Source of the DNA: an uncultured Verrucomicrobiae bacterium
GTDB taxonomy: Bacteria > Verrucomicrobiota > Verrucomicrobiia > Chthoniobacterales > JAFAMB01
Assembly (NCBI GenBank): GCA_963782115.1
Contig: CAWAIK010000003.1
Span: forward strand, 480,001 to 544,000
DNA length: 64,000 nucleotides
Reading direction: 5' to 3'
Numbering within the stretch: position 1 is the stretch's first letter; each line of letters opens with the position of its first letter. The notes under the pieces are model-generated. The model was not told the origin of the DNA, ran no database searches, and was given only the letters and a program-made list of their open reading frames with translations. Of the stretch, positions 46,811 to 57,979 are shown one piece after another. A program made the position numbers and the translations under genes.

Positions 46811-47660
46811 ATGGCGCTGATGATCGCTGAAGCCCTTGTCCCCGTCTTTTTCGTCATGTCTTGGCTACTTCGCTGGCGCGAGGCGCATAATCGATAATCA
46901 GCACGTCGCCAGCCTGAACGTGTTGGTAACGACGTTTGCCTTGCCGGCCGCACTCTTTGTGAGTGTAGCCCAAACATCACGCAGTGGACTGGAAGAGAAC
47001 GGAAAGCTTGTCCTCGTGCTTGTTATTTCCATGTTGGTGAACTTCGGGATAATGTTTGCTCTTAACCACTACCTCTTCCGTTTGAGTCCGGGCCAAAACG
47101 CCGTCCAGTCGTTGAGTGTCGGTTTCCCCAATTTTGCTGCGGTCGGCTTGCCTTTGCTGGGTAGCATCATGGGCCCAGGAAGCGCGGTTAGCGTGGCAGC
47201 TTCGGTCGCTGCTGGCTCCGTCTTTATCTCCTCGCTGGCTCTGGCCGTTTTTGAAGCGCGCGGAAAGGCAACCAGCTCGTCACCTCATCCGATTGCGACC
47301 GCGCTCTTTCATTCGCTTTCCAAACCGGTCGTGATTGCTCCCGTGGCCGGCCTGGTCGTGGCACTCCTGGGCATGCACCTCAACGAAGTGGTGAGGCATG
47401 CGCTTAACCTCATTGCCGCAACGGGCGCTGGTCTCGCATGTTTTGTGACAGGCTTGGTTCTCTCAGCACAGCCCTTGCGGCTGGATGCGAATGTTGGCGT
47501 TGGCGTCCTCATAAAAAACATCGTTCTCCCGTTGGTCGCGTATGCAATCACACTCGCGCTTGGGATGTCGGGTAAGAGCGCACGGGAAGCGATTCTCCTG
47601 ACGGCCATACCCGCCGGATTTTTCGGCATCCTCTTTGGGCGAAACTTGTTCGATTCGTGA
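46811..47660 (+). pseudogene. AEC (auxin efflux/malonate) transporter, frameshifted and truncated
   Basis: ALVPVFFVM start, shift near 46860, FALPAALF and FPNFAAVGLP. Confidence 0.75.
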
Positions 47661-47814
47661 TCAAGCGGCGCTGGAACGGATTCCATTAGGTATCCAATAA
47701 CTTTATTTGATTTGAATTTGTTATTACAGGACACAAAATAAGCCTTAACGTTGCTCTGTTGTCCGTTTCGTGCCAACAATTTCCCTTATCCGATGCTAGG
47801 CATGTAATTGGGCT

Positions 47815-48486
47815 ATGAACGTTCTACATATCCAGTCATCGCCGCGAGGTGACAAATCGAACTCTATTGCCCTGACAAACGCCTTTCTTCGGGCGTCAAG
47901 GAAAGTCCTCCCCGAGATTAATGAGGACGTCCTGAATGTCTGGGACGAAAACCTCCCCGAGTTTGACGCCGCATCCATCGGGGCGAAGTACAAGGCCATC
48001 AAGCACCAGCCACTGACTGACGCAGAATCGCATACATGGAACCGCATTCAAGAATTGATCGGTCGCTTCCAACGAGCGAACCGAATTGTCTTGGGCCTAC
48101 CCATGTGGAACTTCTCCATCCCATACAAGCTCAAACAGTTGATTGATCTGACCGCTCAGCGCAATTACTTATTCACGTATGACGGCAAAGAATATGGGCC
48201 ATGCCTCAACATCCCCAAGGCACTCGTCGTCTATACGCGGGGATCTGAATATCGCGAGGATTCTCCAATACCACCGTCGTTCGATCACCAAGCGCCTTAC
48301 ATTGATTTTTGGCTTCGTCTCATAGGAGTGCATGAGGTTCACAGTGTGGTCGTGGATAACGCGTGGAATCAGGACCATGCCCAATCAGAGGCCAGTCTGG
48401 CTGCCGGCAAGCAATCAGTTGAACGAATAGTCAGAGGCTTCTGGGGATTGTGCGAACCTATTGAAATCGGGATCGGCGTCCGATAA
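47815..48486 (+). CDS. azoR: FMN-dependent NADH-azoreductase (flavodoxin-2 fold)
   Basis: IQSSPRG..S and PMWNFSIPYKLKQLID. Confidence 0.8.
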   Translation: MNVLHIQSSPRGDKSNSIALTNAFLRASRKVLPEINEDVLNVWDENLPEFDAASIGAKYKAIKHQPLTDAESHTWNRIQELIGRFQRANRIVLGLPMWNFSIPYKLKQLIDLTAQRNYLFTYDGKEYGPCLNIPKALVVYTRGSEYREDSPIPPSFDHQAPYIDFWLRLIGVHEVHSVVVDNAWNQDHAQSEASLAAGKQSVERIVRGFWGLCEPIEIGIGVR

Positions 48487-48569
48487 TGGCCGGCACCTGG
48501 AAATTCTCCCCGCTTCGAAGCGCGGCCCGGAAGATGGCCATCGTCCTCAAGGGCTCGGTTGTTGATCCC

Positions 48570-48896
48570 CTACTCTCCCCTTCCCCACCCTGCTCGTTGG
48601 TGTTCCATATCCACTCGCCTGTAACGCGATCGCAGAAGATTCGTGATCAGGCTAGTCTGGCAATTCCCGACGCGTAGCCATATGAACTTCGGCGGGTGGC
48701 CAAACACAATAGCCCTTTGATGAAAATCTTTGTCCTTTGATACGATTGTAAACTCATGCTGCTTCGCCCACTCCCAGACGGCGAAGTCACCCGACTCTCG
48801 CAGACCAACTGCCTTGACGTGCGTCGAACCAGGAAACAAATCGGCAACCCGAGAAATAATCCTGTCCGAGAGGTTCTCATCCAATAGCAGTTTCAC
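48570..48896 (-). pseudogene. DUF5615 PIN-like toxin, 3' end disrupted
   Basis: MKLLLDENLS, IVSKDKDF and PPKFIWLRVGN. Confidence 0.8.
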
Positions 48897-49116
48897 GCCG
48901 GCGCCACGAAGAGCTTCCGCTCGCGGTCGGCCGCAAAGGCGAAGCAAGCATTAATGTCCTCCCGGGTAAGGTCAGGAAAATCCTCTAGAATCTGATCCCC
49001 GTCATACCTCCGGCCAAGTACTCAAAAACATCCTGCACTGTAATTCGCATGCCCCGAATACACGGTTTGCCGTTGCGCTTGCCGGGCTCGATTGTGGTGA
49101 TTTTCGAGTAATCCAC
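48893..49116 (-). pseudogene. DUF433 antitoxin, frameshifted (absent from ORF track)
   Basis: MDYSKITTIEPGKRNGKPCIRGMRITVQDVFEYLAGGMT / QILEDFPDLTREDINACFAFAA. Confidence 0.8.
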
Positions 49117-49234
49117 GGCCGGCAGAATAATTCAGCACCTATCCAGCGGTCAACGCCTCGACCTGAGATCGCTGGAGAAAGGCTAAGCCAAAAAGTAACC
49201 GAAATATATCAATGCGGAGAGCGCGCAGCTTCGC

Positions 49235-49432
49235 ATGATCGACCTCAATCTGTTCCGTGTATTCGACGCGACGATGCTGCATCGCAGTGTTCGAAAGGCG
49301 AGCCAAATACTTTCGGTAACTCCCTCAGCGGTCAGTCACGCTTTGCGTAGGCTGCGCCAGTCAATCGGCGATGAGTTCTTCATCCCGACCGAGTCCGGCA
49401 TGCAACCAACGCAACGCGCGCTTCAGTTAGCC
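49235..49432 (+). pseudogene. LysR HTH fragment
   Basis: DLNLFRVFDA..SVTPSAVSHALRRLR. Confidence 0.75.
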
Positions 49433-50218
49433 TCAGGCTCGAAACGGAATCCTCCAGCGGATACGTTTGGCTCCAGGTCCTCGACGTTTTTCCGGGCCAA
49501 CCAATCGTCGAGCGAACTTCGATGAACTCCTGGGACGATCCGGGGTTCCGCAGAGCGATAGAGGCTACCGGTAAAAAGAATATTCTCTTGTGCGGCCTCT
49601 GACATGGTAGGGCTCTATCTCAATCCACCCGAGAATGCGATCGTGCTTTGCGTGGATGAAAAGAGCCAAACCCAAGCTCTGGAACGCATTCAACCGATCT
49701 TGCCGATGAGGCCGGGGCCTCCTGAACGCCAAAGCCACGACTACTACCGCCATGGCATCGTGTCACTCTTCACCGCCTACGACGTGGCAAGCGGACGAGT
49801 GATCGGCAAATGCCACAACCGTCATTGCGAAGAAGAGTTCCTCAAATTCATGATCTGGTTGATAGCCAACTACCGCGTGAAACTCAGATTCAGCTCGTCT
49901 TGGATAATCTTGCCACTCACAAAACTCCTCAGGTGCGCAACTGGTTTGCTCGACGCCCACATTACGTGTTGCATTTACTCCTACGGGTAGTTCCTGGATC
50001 AATCAGGTCGAGCGATGGTTCGCAAAGATCACCACCGAAGCCATACGCCGAGGTAGCTTCAGCTCGGTTAAGCACCTGATTAAGGCGATCGAAGCCTACA
50101 TCGTTGAGCACAATAACGAGCCTAAACCATTTCTCTGGACCGCCACTGCCAACAGCATTTTCGACAAAATAAGTGCTTCACTCGATTAATGAAATGAACT
50201 TATCATCTAGGACACTAG
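49432..50218 (+). mobile_element. Degenerate IS630-family remnant
   Basis: VGLYLNPPENAIVLCVDEKS, HDYYRHG and LDNLATHK; several frameshifts. Confidence 0.85.
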
Positions 50219-50366
50219 TGCATCGTATCATAAGTCAGTGGCATACTCCTTGGACTGCCTAATAGTGCGGTCGCGCTTTAAGCAGCCAGAACGTTCTTTG
50301 CTATCGAGGCGCGATCACGGAACTGCCCTGCTGGTCTTTCCGGTCAGGCAACTTCTGCGCGTGATT

Positions 50367-51347
50367 CTACATTCCGAATGCCTTGGACCTCGGAGCGCGA
50401 GTCGAAGATGTATTTTCCGATTTCACTGTTTTCGCGCGCCTTTCCATTTTCCTATACAACGCTCCTTCCCCTAGCCTAGTCAGAAGGAAATTGACGGCTG
50501 GTGAACGTTGATCTCGCCGGTGAGCTACAGCGAGTTCCGACACCAACTGAATGTCAGCCAGCGGGCGAAACACAACCGATGGGACACGCATGTAGCGGAG
50601 CGACTCCGGCACGATCGATATACCTGATCCGCCAGCCACTAGTCCGATGATCGCGCTCAGTTTCTCGGCTGTCTGCGCCACATGGAGGTCAAACCCTCCT
50701 TGTTTCGCTATTGCGTTCACATGATCATCCAAAGTCGACTTACCGTCCGGTCTTGAATACAACACTAGCTGCTCGTTCTTTAGCTCTGCGCACAATATCT
50801 TCTTCTTTTTAGCCAGCGCATGATCCTTGTTCAGTGCAACTAGGATTTTCTCTACCATTACCGTTGTAATTACGATCTCGGGCGGTACGACCGCGGGAGG
50901 CAAGCGGACAAAGCCGAGGTCAAGCTCACCTTCGACCAAACGGCTCATTTGGCTGGTGGAATCGCCTTCGGCAAATTCTAAATGAACCCCAGTCGCGCAG
51001 CTTGGAAATAGTAATGCAAGGTTGGCCAGTAGCCCGCTGAAAGGAACCGAATGCACGTAACCGATTCGGACAGTGCCGAGTTTGCCTCGGGCCACTTTCT
51101 GGGCAACGACTTTGGCTCGTTGGGCGTGCTCCAGCGTCAGCCTAGCCTCTTCTAAGAAATATTTACCCGCCTCGGTCAGAGCGACTGTCCGTTTGGTCCG
51201 CTCCAGCAAAAGAACACCTACTTCCTCTTCCAAAGCCTTGATTTGTTGGCTTAATCCAGGCTGTGAAACATGAACGGACTCCGCAGCCTCCCCAAAATGC
51301 AGTCGTTCAGCGACCGCCACAAAATAGCGCAACTGGTGAAAATCCAT
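50367..51347 (-). CDS. LysR-family regulator
   Basis: HFGEAA..VSQPGLSQQIKALE. Confidence 0.9.
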   Translation of the reverse strand: MDFHQLRYFVAVAERLHFGEAAESVHVSQPGLSQQIKALEEEVGVLLLERTKRTVALTEAGKYFLEEARLTLEHAQRAKVVAQKVARGKLGTVRIGYVHSVPFSGLLANLALLFPSCATGVHLEFAEGDSTSQMSRLVEGELDLGFVRLPPAVVPPEIVITTVMVEKILVALNKDHALAKKKKILCAELKNEQLVLYSRPDGKSTLDDHVNAIAKQGGFDLHVAQTAEKLSAIIGLVAGGSGISIVPESLRYMRVPSVVFRPLADIQLVSELAVAHRRDQRSPAVNFLLTRLGEGALYRKMERRAKTVKSENTSSTRAPRSKAFGM

Positions 51348-51593
51348 TTGTCTTTCCAGAAATTAGAGCAACCCCTGAGCTCGATTGCGTGTCTCTTTGC
51401 CCCAATATGGATTCCCATTTCCCCTTTCTCCGCGACGTTATTCGGACAGCGTCACTCAACGTACATACAAATTCCTCCAACGCGAGTGACCGAACGCCGT
51501 AACGAGCAATGGTGGCAAAGAGATTCAGGTCGGAAAACTCCAATCCAATCACCATAGCACTGGATCTCAGTTAAACAATCATTTCTCAAGATC

Positions 51594-51631
51594 GGATCAG
51601 CTCAGGAAAACGGAAATTTTCGTACGCTAAG
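51594..51631. repeat. Tn3-family (Tn21/Tn501-like) 38-bp terminal IR, degenerate
   Basis: GGATCAGCTCAGGAAAACGGAAATTTTCGTACGCTAAG with the diagnostic ACGCTAAG end. Confidence 0.7.
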
Positions 51632-51683
51632 AGTTTGTGTTGCACAGCTTTAAACCAGCGAACAGCAGTCTCCCGTGGCTGCC

Positions 51684-52784
51684 TATGAATCGTTGCGTAA
51701 GTGTGAGCAGTTAGTGCCTATCCCAGAACGTAGGAAGTGAATTCCATCTGGAAGAACGAGCGGATGAGATCACTCTGCTTTTGGATCGAGCGTAAGATGG
51801 CAAGCATGCTGCTTTTCAGAGTTGCTTTGCTGTCGATGAATAACTTTGCCAGTCGCCCTTTAGCATGATTCCAGACCTGTTCATCTGGATTGAATTCCGG
51901 GGCATAGCGCGGAAGATAAGCCAGCGTGACTGCTCCCTGGCTCTTTTCGGCAAAAGCCTGGACCGTCCCAGAGGTGTGATAGGCAGCGTTATCGGCAATG
52001 ACGATGATGGGACAACCGGCATCGGCCAGCAACTTCTTCACGAAGGCAATGAACTTGCCAGAGTTCATCTTGTCTTGGATAACGCTAAAGCGCATGTCTC
52101 CACGGGGACTGACTGCGGAGATCAGTTTCAGGGTGAAACGATCTCCGCTGTCTTCGACCACCGGCGTCTGTCCGATAGGTGCCCAGGTCCTCCCACGATG
52201 GTGATCACTGCGCACCGCCGATTCATCGACGAAGTAAATCTCCGCCCCCGTGCGCTGCGCCAGAGCCCGCAACTCTGGAAAGGTCTTATTGAGGTAACGC
52301 TCCAATTCCTGCGGATCCTGCTTATAGGAACGATAGATTGGCCGCTGCGGGGTCAAGCCCATGTACTGCAGAAGGCGACAAACCGCACTTTTACTCAATT
52401 CCACTCCCTTCTCTTTCTTCAACACTGTTCGAACGATGTTGAGCGTCCACAGACAGAAAACCAACTGAAACTGCCTTGGATCTCCCAATGTGATAGCCTC
52501 ATAGAGCCACTGCATTGTTTCGGCACTAACCTTTCTAGGTCGCCCACTGCGTCGACCCTCTTCTAAGGCGTGCCAGCCTCCAGCACGGTATCTGGCAAGC
52601 CAACCAAAGATAGTTCGCTGTGGCACTGCATATACTCTGGCTACCACACTTACTGGTTCACCTCGCATGACAGCCTCTACTGCATCCTTGCGTTTCTCAT
52701 ACTTAGCTGCTGCCTTTCCTACATCCATGCTCCTGACTAACATAACCTAACGTTATAACGCTAGCACTTTCGCAATAATTAATA
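51684..52784 (-). mobile_element. Complete IS630-family element (transposase 51718-52743)
   Basis: TA at both ends; imperfect IRs TATGAATCGTTGCGTAAGTG / TATTAATTATTGCGAAAGTG; VDES, ADNA and PEFNPDE. Confidence 0.9.
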
Positions 52785-52890
52785 AGTGCACGGAAATGAC
52801 CTTTCACAACCCGTCGGTTCGCACGCCAAATGTAATCTCCCGTCAAATTAATGTGCGCCCAGCCCAAAGGTGAAAGATGAACCGGCAAGC
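52785..52890 (-). pseudogene. tnpA: Tn3 transposase extreme C-terminus, split by IS630
   Basis: [18 protein letters not shown]...GHFRAL|RQP, continuing below 51684. Confidence 0.8.
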
Positions 52891-53786
52891 TGGCTGCGAC
52901 GCGCTTGCCTGGAGTCGGTTTTCGGCCACCGGAATAGGGGGTGCCCGTATCCACTCAGCACATTCCAAACACATTGCTAACCATCGACTGCCAACCGACA
53001 ACTGTTAATTACCATCTCCACTCTAATAACCTCACCTTATTAGTTGCGTGGATGTGTTCTATTAGAAATTGTTTCCCTGATATCCGATCGTTTCTTCAGG
53101 AAAGGATTAGGAGAAATGATTAAGAGTTGGTTTTCAAAAGTAACAGAAAGGGCGATGCTTCAGGCTGCCGTAGTCTTGATAGTTCCAGTGACTTGCTCGA
53201 TGGCGTTTGCGGCGTGCTCCGATCTCGCTGGTAACGTAAGGAGGGAACGCATCCAAACGTCAACTATCAAAAGGCTGTGGTGGGAGGACCTCAGACCGGC
53301 GACAATGTAACCATTGGCCCGACAACCTATAACCCAGAGTCCCAAGGTTTCGAAAGGCCATGGCCATTTGGTCCGGAATTCAATCCGCAGTAATAAGGAA
53401 TGCCTTAGCCGGAACGAATCGGGTGATTAAAATGGACGGAATCATGATGTACGAAGTCAATGGGTGCGGCATTTACAAGCCGATCTCGTTACTCTGCCTT
53501 ATTTTAATCGCTCGAATCCGGCGATGTGCGCGGACAAAGATTTTGGGCGTAACTAAGTGACCAACGTGACGAAATCCACTACGGACCGGAGAGGCTGCTG
53601 CGGGGACCGATCTGAAATTGGTCTGATTCTACAGGTTTGAACGAGGACTTCCGGATCCTCCGGGGGTATTTTCTTCGTCCATCTTCGACACAAATGTTTT
53701 TCTTCGAGCTTGGGTTTTGTTCTGGATCAAAGGAAGTAGCGGGGGCTTGAGTGCGGCTTGGCGGGGGGCTGTGTTGTGGCCTCGCC

Positions 53787-54320
53787 ATGAACTCGCCTTC
53801 TTCTTGCAAGTGCCTCCATTGCAGAGAGTTCTTTATTCCCTGCCCGAATAGTCGACACACTCAGCGCTACTGCGCAAAATCCGATTGTCGCAAGGCCAGC
53901 AAGGCCGCCGCCCAAGCCAAGTGGCTCAAGAAGCCGCAAAATCGTTCCTACTTTCGCGGACCGGAAAACGTCGAGCGGGTGCAACGCTGGCGAGAGCGCC
54001 ATCCCGGTTACTGGCGCAAAAAGAGATCGTCACGGCCGGATGCGTTACAAGATCTTGCCCCCAGTGAAGTATCACAAAATCAGCCGATTACGATTAATGA
54101 GATCGGTCTTTTAGCAGACGATTTTGGCCTCTGCGAGCCCTCGAAGCCCTCCAAGACTCCCCGTGCGGGTGCGTTACAAGATCTTGCCTATGTTCAAGTG
54201 CCTCTGCTTGCGGGAGTTGTGTCCTTGCTCATCGGTGATGCGTTACAAGATCGCTTTGCCACTTTTACCCGGGAGCTCGTAGACAGAGGCAAGCGCGTGC
54301 TGGCAGCTGAACGCTCTTGA
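53787..54320 (+). CDS. IS21-associated Cys-rich (zinc-finger-like) hypothetical protein
   Basis: CLHC...YCAKSDC; RVQRWRERHPGYW; three ALQD repeats. Confidence 0.7.
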   Translation: MNSPSSCKCLHCREFFIPCPNSRHTQRYCAKSDCRKASKAAAQAKWLKKPQNRSYFRGPENVERVQRWRERHPGYWRKKRSSRPDALQDLAPSEVSQNQPITINEIGLLADDFGLCEPSKPSKTPRAGALQDLAYVQVPLLAGVVSLLIGDALQDRFATFTRELVDRGKRVLAAERS

Positions 54321-54369
54321 GGCGGGCGGCTTTTGGCAGCCGCGGCAAACTCTAAGGAAACAACCCATT

Positions 54370-54813
54370 ATGCCCACTAAACGACTTATCGATCCCAGGC
54401 GAATGCGCAAAGGCCTTCCGCGCGGATTCGGCTGGATAGACCACCGCCTGTTGCGAGAGGGTTACATCACCAATTGCACCCCACAGGCTCTGGCGCTGTA
54501 TGTTCTTCTGGTCTGCGCCTCCGATGCGCAGGGTTTAAGCTATTACTCCGGCCCACGCATCGCAGAGTTGTTGCGTCTGGAGCCGGAAGTCGTCGCGGGA
54601 GCGCGCCGGGAATTGATCGAGTTGGGACTGATCGCTTACCAAAAGCCCCTCTATCAGCTCCTGAGCCTGGAAAGGCAACTGCCGGAGATTAAAAGCCAGC
54701 CTGCACAACGGACTGCGTCCGCCTCCGAACCCCAACCGATTGGTGCTATTAGCCCTCTGTCGCTCAAAGCGATGGTCGAAGACTTTCTGCAAAAGCAAGG
54801 AGGTAAGAAATGA
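54370..54813 (+). CDS. IS21-associated winged-HTH protein
   Basis: LALYVLLV..GLSYYS..IAELL..ARRELIELGLI; ATGA overlap with istA. Confidence 0.7.
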   Translation: MPTKRLIDPRRMRKGLPRGFGWIDHRLLREGYITNCTPQALALYVLLVCASDAQGLSYYSGPRIAELLRLEPEVVAGARRELIELGLIAYQKPLYQLLSLERQLPEIKSQPAQRTASASEPQPIGAISPLSLKAMVEDFLQKQGGKK

Positions 54814-55500
54814 TCAACTTTGAAACCTATCACGAGGTGCGCCGTTTGAACCGGGAGTTGAAGCTGACTGCGGCTCAGATTGCCGAAAAGACCGGACTCA
54901 ATATCAAGACCATCCGCAAATGGCTGGATAAACCCCGCTACGAGCCGCGCAGCAAGGGATCCAAGCGCGCAAGCAAACTGGATCCCTATAAAGATCTGAT
55001 AGTCTCCTGGCTGGAAAAACATCCTTACACCGGAATGCAGATCTTTGAGCGCCTGCGCTCTGAACACGGTTACACAGGCTCAAGATCGATCCTGCATGAC
55101 TTCATCGCCACGGTGCGACCAGTTCGCCACCAAGCTTACCTCAAACTGGCCTTTGAACCGGGCGATTGCCTGCAGATCGACTGGGCCACGCACGGCTTGA
55201 TGCGCATCGGAGACTGTACACGCAAACTCCATTACTTCGCCGCGGTGCTCTGCTATAGCCGGTTACTCTTTGTGGAGTTTTTCCTGAGCCAAAGTATGGA
55301 ATGCTTCCTGGCCGCCAACCGTCACGCGCTGGAATACTACGGTGCGAGTCCCAGGCGCATCATGCACGACAATCTTAAGACGGCTGTACTGGAGCGTCTG
55401 CCGGGTTGCGCTCCTGTCTTTAATCCGCGTTATCTGGATTTTGCCGCACACTACGGCTTCAAGCCGGTGGCGTGTAATGTCGGGCGAGGCAACGAAAAAG
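54810..55500 (+). pseudogene. istA: IstA transposase, 5' half
   Basis: HTH, LQIDW and MHDNLKT; ends at GRGNEK. Confidence 0.9.
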
Positions 55501-55508
55501 CTTTGAAC

Positions 55509-57596
55509 TCATACTGCACCTCGTAAAGTATTTGATGATGAGGTTACTGGATCGACCTGATATTCACGCTTATGAGCGTACTTCGCGGGCAGGTCTTCGG
55601 TCGGGATTTCGTACAGATAGTCGCCTCGATCGTTAATGGGGTGTGCCCGAAGCAGACCGCGTCGACGCCAGAGATGGACGGTCGATAGCACGACGCCATA
55701 GCGGGCGGCCACATCTTCCGGGGTCAGGAGGCCCTGGGCTAGCAGGCGCGTGCGCCGATCGGTGAGACGATAAATCGCGCGTAGTCGGCCGACACGCGCG
55801 GCCGTCCAAGGAGTGGTCACGACGGTTCGCACACCACGCTCATTGAGCACATCAGCGATTTCCCCGTCCGTGTAGGTCTCAATAAGCCGGTCGATCTCTT
55901 TGACGACCTCAGCATCGGTGGTGCGCAGCTCCACACACGACTTCGGCAGAGGCAGATCGAGCGAGCGAGTCGCCCCGCCGACAAAGCGGATATCGACATG
56001 GAGTGCATCACCCTTGGTGAGCGTGACGTCTTCGATCAATAACCGCAGCATGCGCTTTTTCTCCTTCATCTGGGTGCGCGGATCGCGCCAGAGGCGCGGG
56101 AAGTCAGTGGCGAGAGCCATCAGTTCTGCACGCTCGGCGTCGGTCACAACACTTGCGTCGGCGGCCTTTGCTTTCTCGTACGCTTCCTGTGCCGCAGCGA
56201 GCGAGCGCAGCTTGTCATTCCAGTCCGCCTCCAGCGCATCGGCTACCAAGCGGTTGTCGGGATCGACCTTTAGGAAACGGCGCTGCGCTAGATCCGCTTC
56301 ATAGCGCGCACGCTCCACGTGCTGACGTCGCAACTGGTCAGCTTCCTCGTGGCGGGTCGCGAGTTCTTGCTGCACCGTCAACGCGACTTCGATCGCCAGA
56401 GGCGTCATCGCTTCAATGACGATATCGCTGATCGCTCCATCGAGCGCGCGGCCGTGCACGGTTTGACAAAGACCACTTTCACCCCGTTGCAGCGGGCGTC
56501 GCCCGCACCAGTAGGTTGGTACGCTTTGATTGCGATGCGAGTGGTAGCGGACCGACATGCGTTCACCGCAAGTTCCACAGATCACAAGCCCCTGCAGCAG
56601 TGCCGTACCTTCGCGTGCTGGCCCACGGCACCGCTCGGGGCTCCAAGCGACCGCATTGCTCTTCACGCGCTGGAGGTTCGATTGGTACTCCTCCCAGGCA
56701 ATGTAGCCGGGATGCGTATCGCGCAACAGAATCCATTCCTCGCTTGGCACCAGACGCGAGCAGACTTTGCCATTAGGCAGATGCCGCTGTTTGGTGCGAC
56801 CGAAGACGAAGGCGCCGGCATAGCGCGGATTGTGGATGATCTGCCGCGCACGACAGTGCAGCAACTCGGCCCAGACCAGCTCGCCTTTGTGGACGCCGCT
56901 ACGCAATCGGCGTGGAAACAGGAGCCCCTTCGCATGGAACTCCTTGACCACTGCCAAACAGGACCCGGTCCGCTGGAAGGTTTCGAAGAACAGACGCACC
57001 GACGCCTGCACTTGGGCGTCCGGATCGAGGATGACACGATCCTGCGCGTCGTGCACAAAGCCGACGGGCACCATCTGCTTGAGCTCCCCGCGTCGGGCGC
57101 GGCTCAGGATGCCGCCCCGCAGTCGTGCCTTAAGCACATGCAGTTCCGCTTCACTCATTGTGCCCTTCAGGCCCAATAGCAGGCGGTCATTGAAGTGCGC
57201 GGGATCGTACAGGCCATCTTCATCGAGGATGAGCGTGTCAGCCAGCGCGCACAGCTCAAGCAGCCGATGCCAATCGGTGGAGTTGCGCGCTAGACGCGAT
57301 ACTTCCAGGCCAAGGACGATGCCAACGCGACCCAGACTGACTTCGGTCACCAAACGCTGGAAGCCCTCTCGGTCGGCGGCACTGGCGCCCGACTGCCCGA
57401 GATCGCTGTCGATCACGACAATCCGATCAAGCGACCAGCCCAGCGCCAGGGCGCGCTCCCGCAGCGCATACTGGCGGTGGGTGCTCTCGGTGTTCTCGAA
57501 GACCTGGCGAAGCGTTGACTGGCGCACGTACAGGTATGCCAGCCGCGACAGATGCGCAGTCGTGACCTTCTGATGAGCTTCGCTGTCCATTACCAT
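55509..57596 (-). CDS. Large serine recombinase
   Basis: YVRQST, DLGQSG, SRLAR, zinc ribbon CGTCG..YWC, coiled coil and C-terminal HTH. Confidence 0.95.
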   Translation of the reverse strand: MVMDSEAHQKVTTAHLSRLAYLYVRQSTLRQVFENTESTHRQYALRERALALGWSLDRIVVIDSDLGQSGASAADREGFQRLVTEVSLGRVGIVLGLEVSRLARNSTDWHRLLELCALADTLILDEDGLYDPAHFNDRLLLGLKGTMSEAELHVLKARLRGGILSRARRGELKQMVPVGFVHDAQDRVILDPDAQVQASVRLFFETFQRTGSCLAVVKEFHAKGLLFPRRLRSGVHKGELVWAELLHCRARQIIHNPRYAGAFVFGRTKQRHLPNGKVCSRLVPSEEWILLRDTHPGYIAWEEYQSNLQRVKSNAVAWSPERCRGPAREGTALLQGLVICGTCGERMSVRYHSHRNQSVPTYWCGRRPLQRGESGLCQTVHGRALDGAISDIVIEAMTPLAIEVALTVQQELATRHEEADQLRRQHVERARYEADLAQRRFLKVDPDNRLVADALEADWNDKLRSLAAAQEAYEKAKAADASVVTDAERAELMALATDFPRLWRDPRTQMKEKKRMLRLLIEDVTLTKGDALHVDIRFVGGATRSLDLPLPKSCVELRTTDAEVVKEIDRLIETYTDGEIADVLNERGVRTVVTTPWTAARVGRLRAIYRLTDRRTRLLAQGLLTPEDVAARYGVVLSTVHLWRRRGLLRAHPINDRGDYLYEIPTEDLPAKYAHKREYQVDPVTSSSNTLRGAV

Positions 57597-57979
57597 GAGC
57601 GATATCCTTCCCTCGATGATTGGTGCACGGCGGATCGAGTCGAGAGAACCAGATTCGCCAAAAGCGTGGTCACCTCATGCCGCACGCTTGCTAAGCAGCA
57701 CACGGCCGTAGCGCTCGATGGCAGTGAACCTTCATGCGGTGTGGGGTCCGGGGCGTCAACCGCACGCGGTGTAAGCGTCGCGCGAAGCACCGTTTCCACA
57801 GTCTCAATCCATTCGGGCATCCCTTTGCTTAAAAACAGGGCAAGCCCAACTCCGCGTCGCTGGTCTGCAGCAGTATCTCCCTGAGCTGCGTTCCCCGCCA
57901 GCCTGATAACCTGCGAGCGAAGCAGTTCGTACTGCACGGTATATTGCGTGACGTCGAGCTTTACGGCTTCTACGATCAT
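57590..57979 (-). CDS. Hypothetical protein of the LSR element
   Basis: QYELLRSQ..GLALFLSKGMPEW; overlaps both neighbouring genes. Confidence 0.7.
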   Translation of the reverse strand: MIVEAVKLDVTQYTVQYELLRSQVIRLAGNAAQGDTAADQRRGVGLALFLSKGMPEWIETVETVLRATLTPRAVDAPDPTPHEGSLPSSATAVCCLASVRHEVTTLLANLVLSTRSAVHQSSREGYRSW

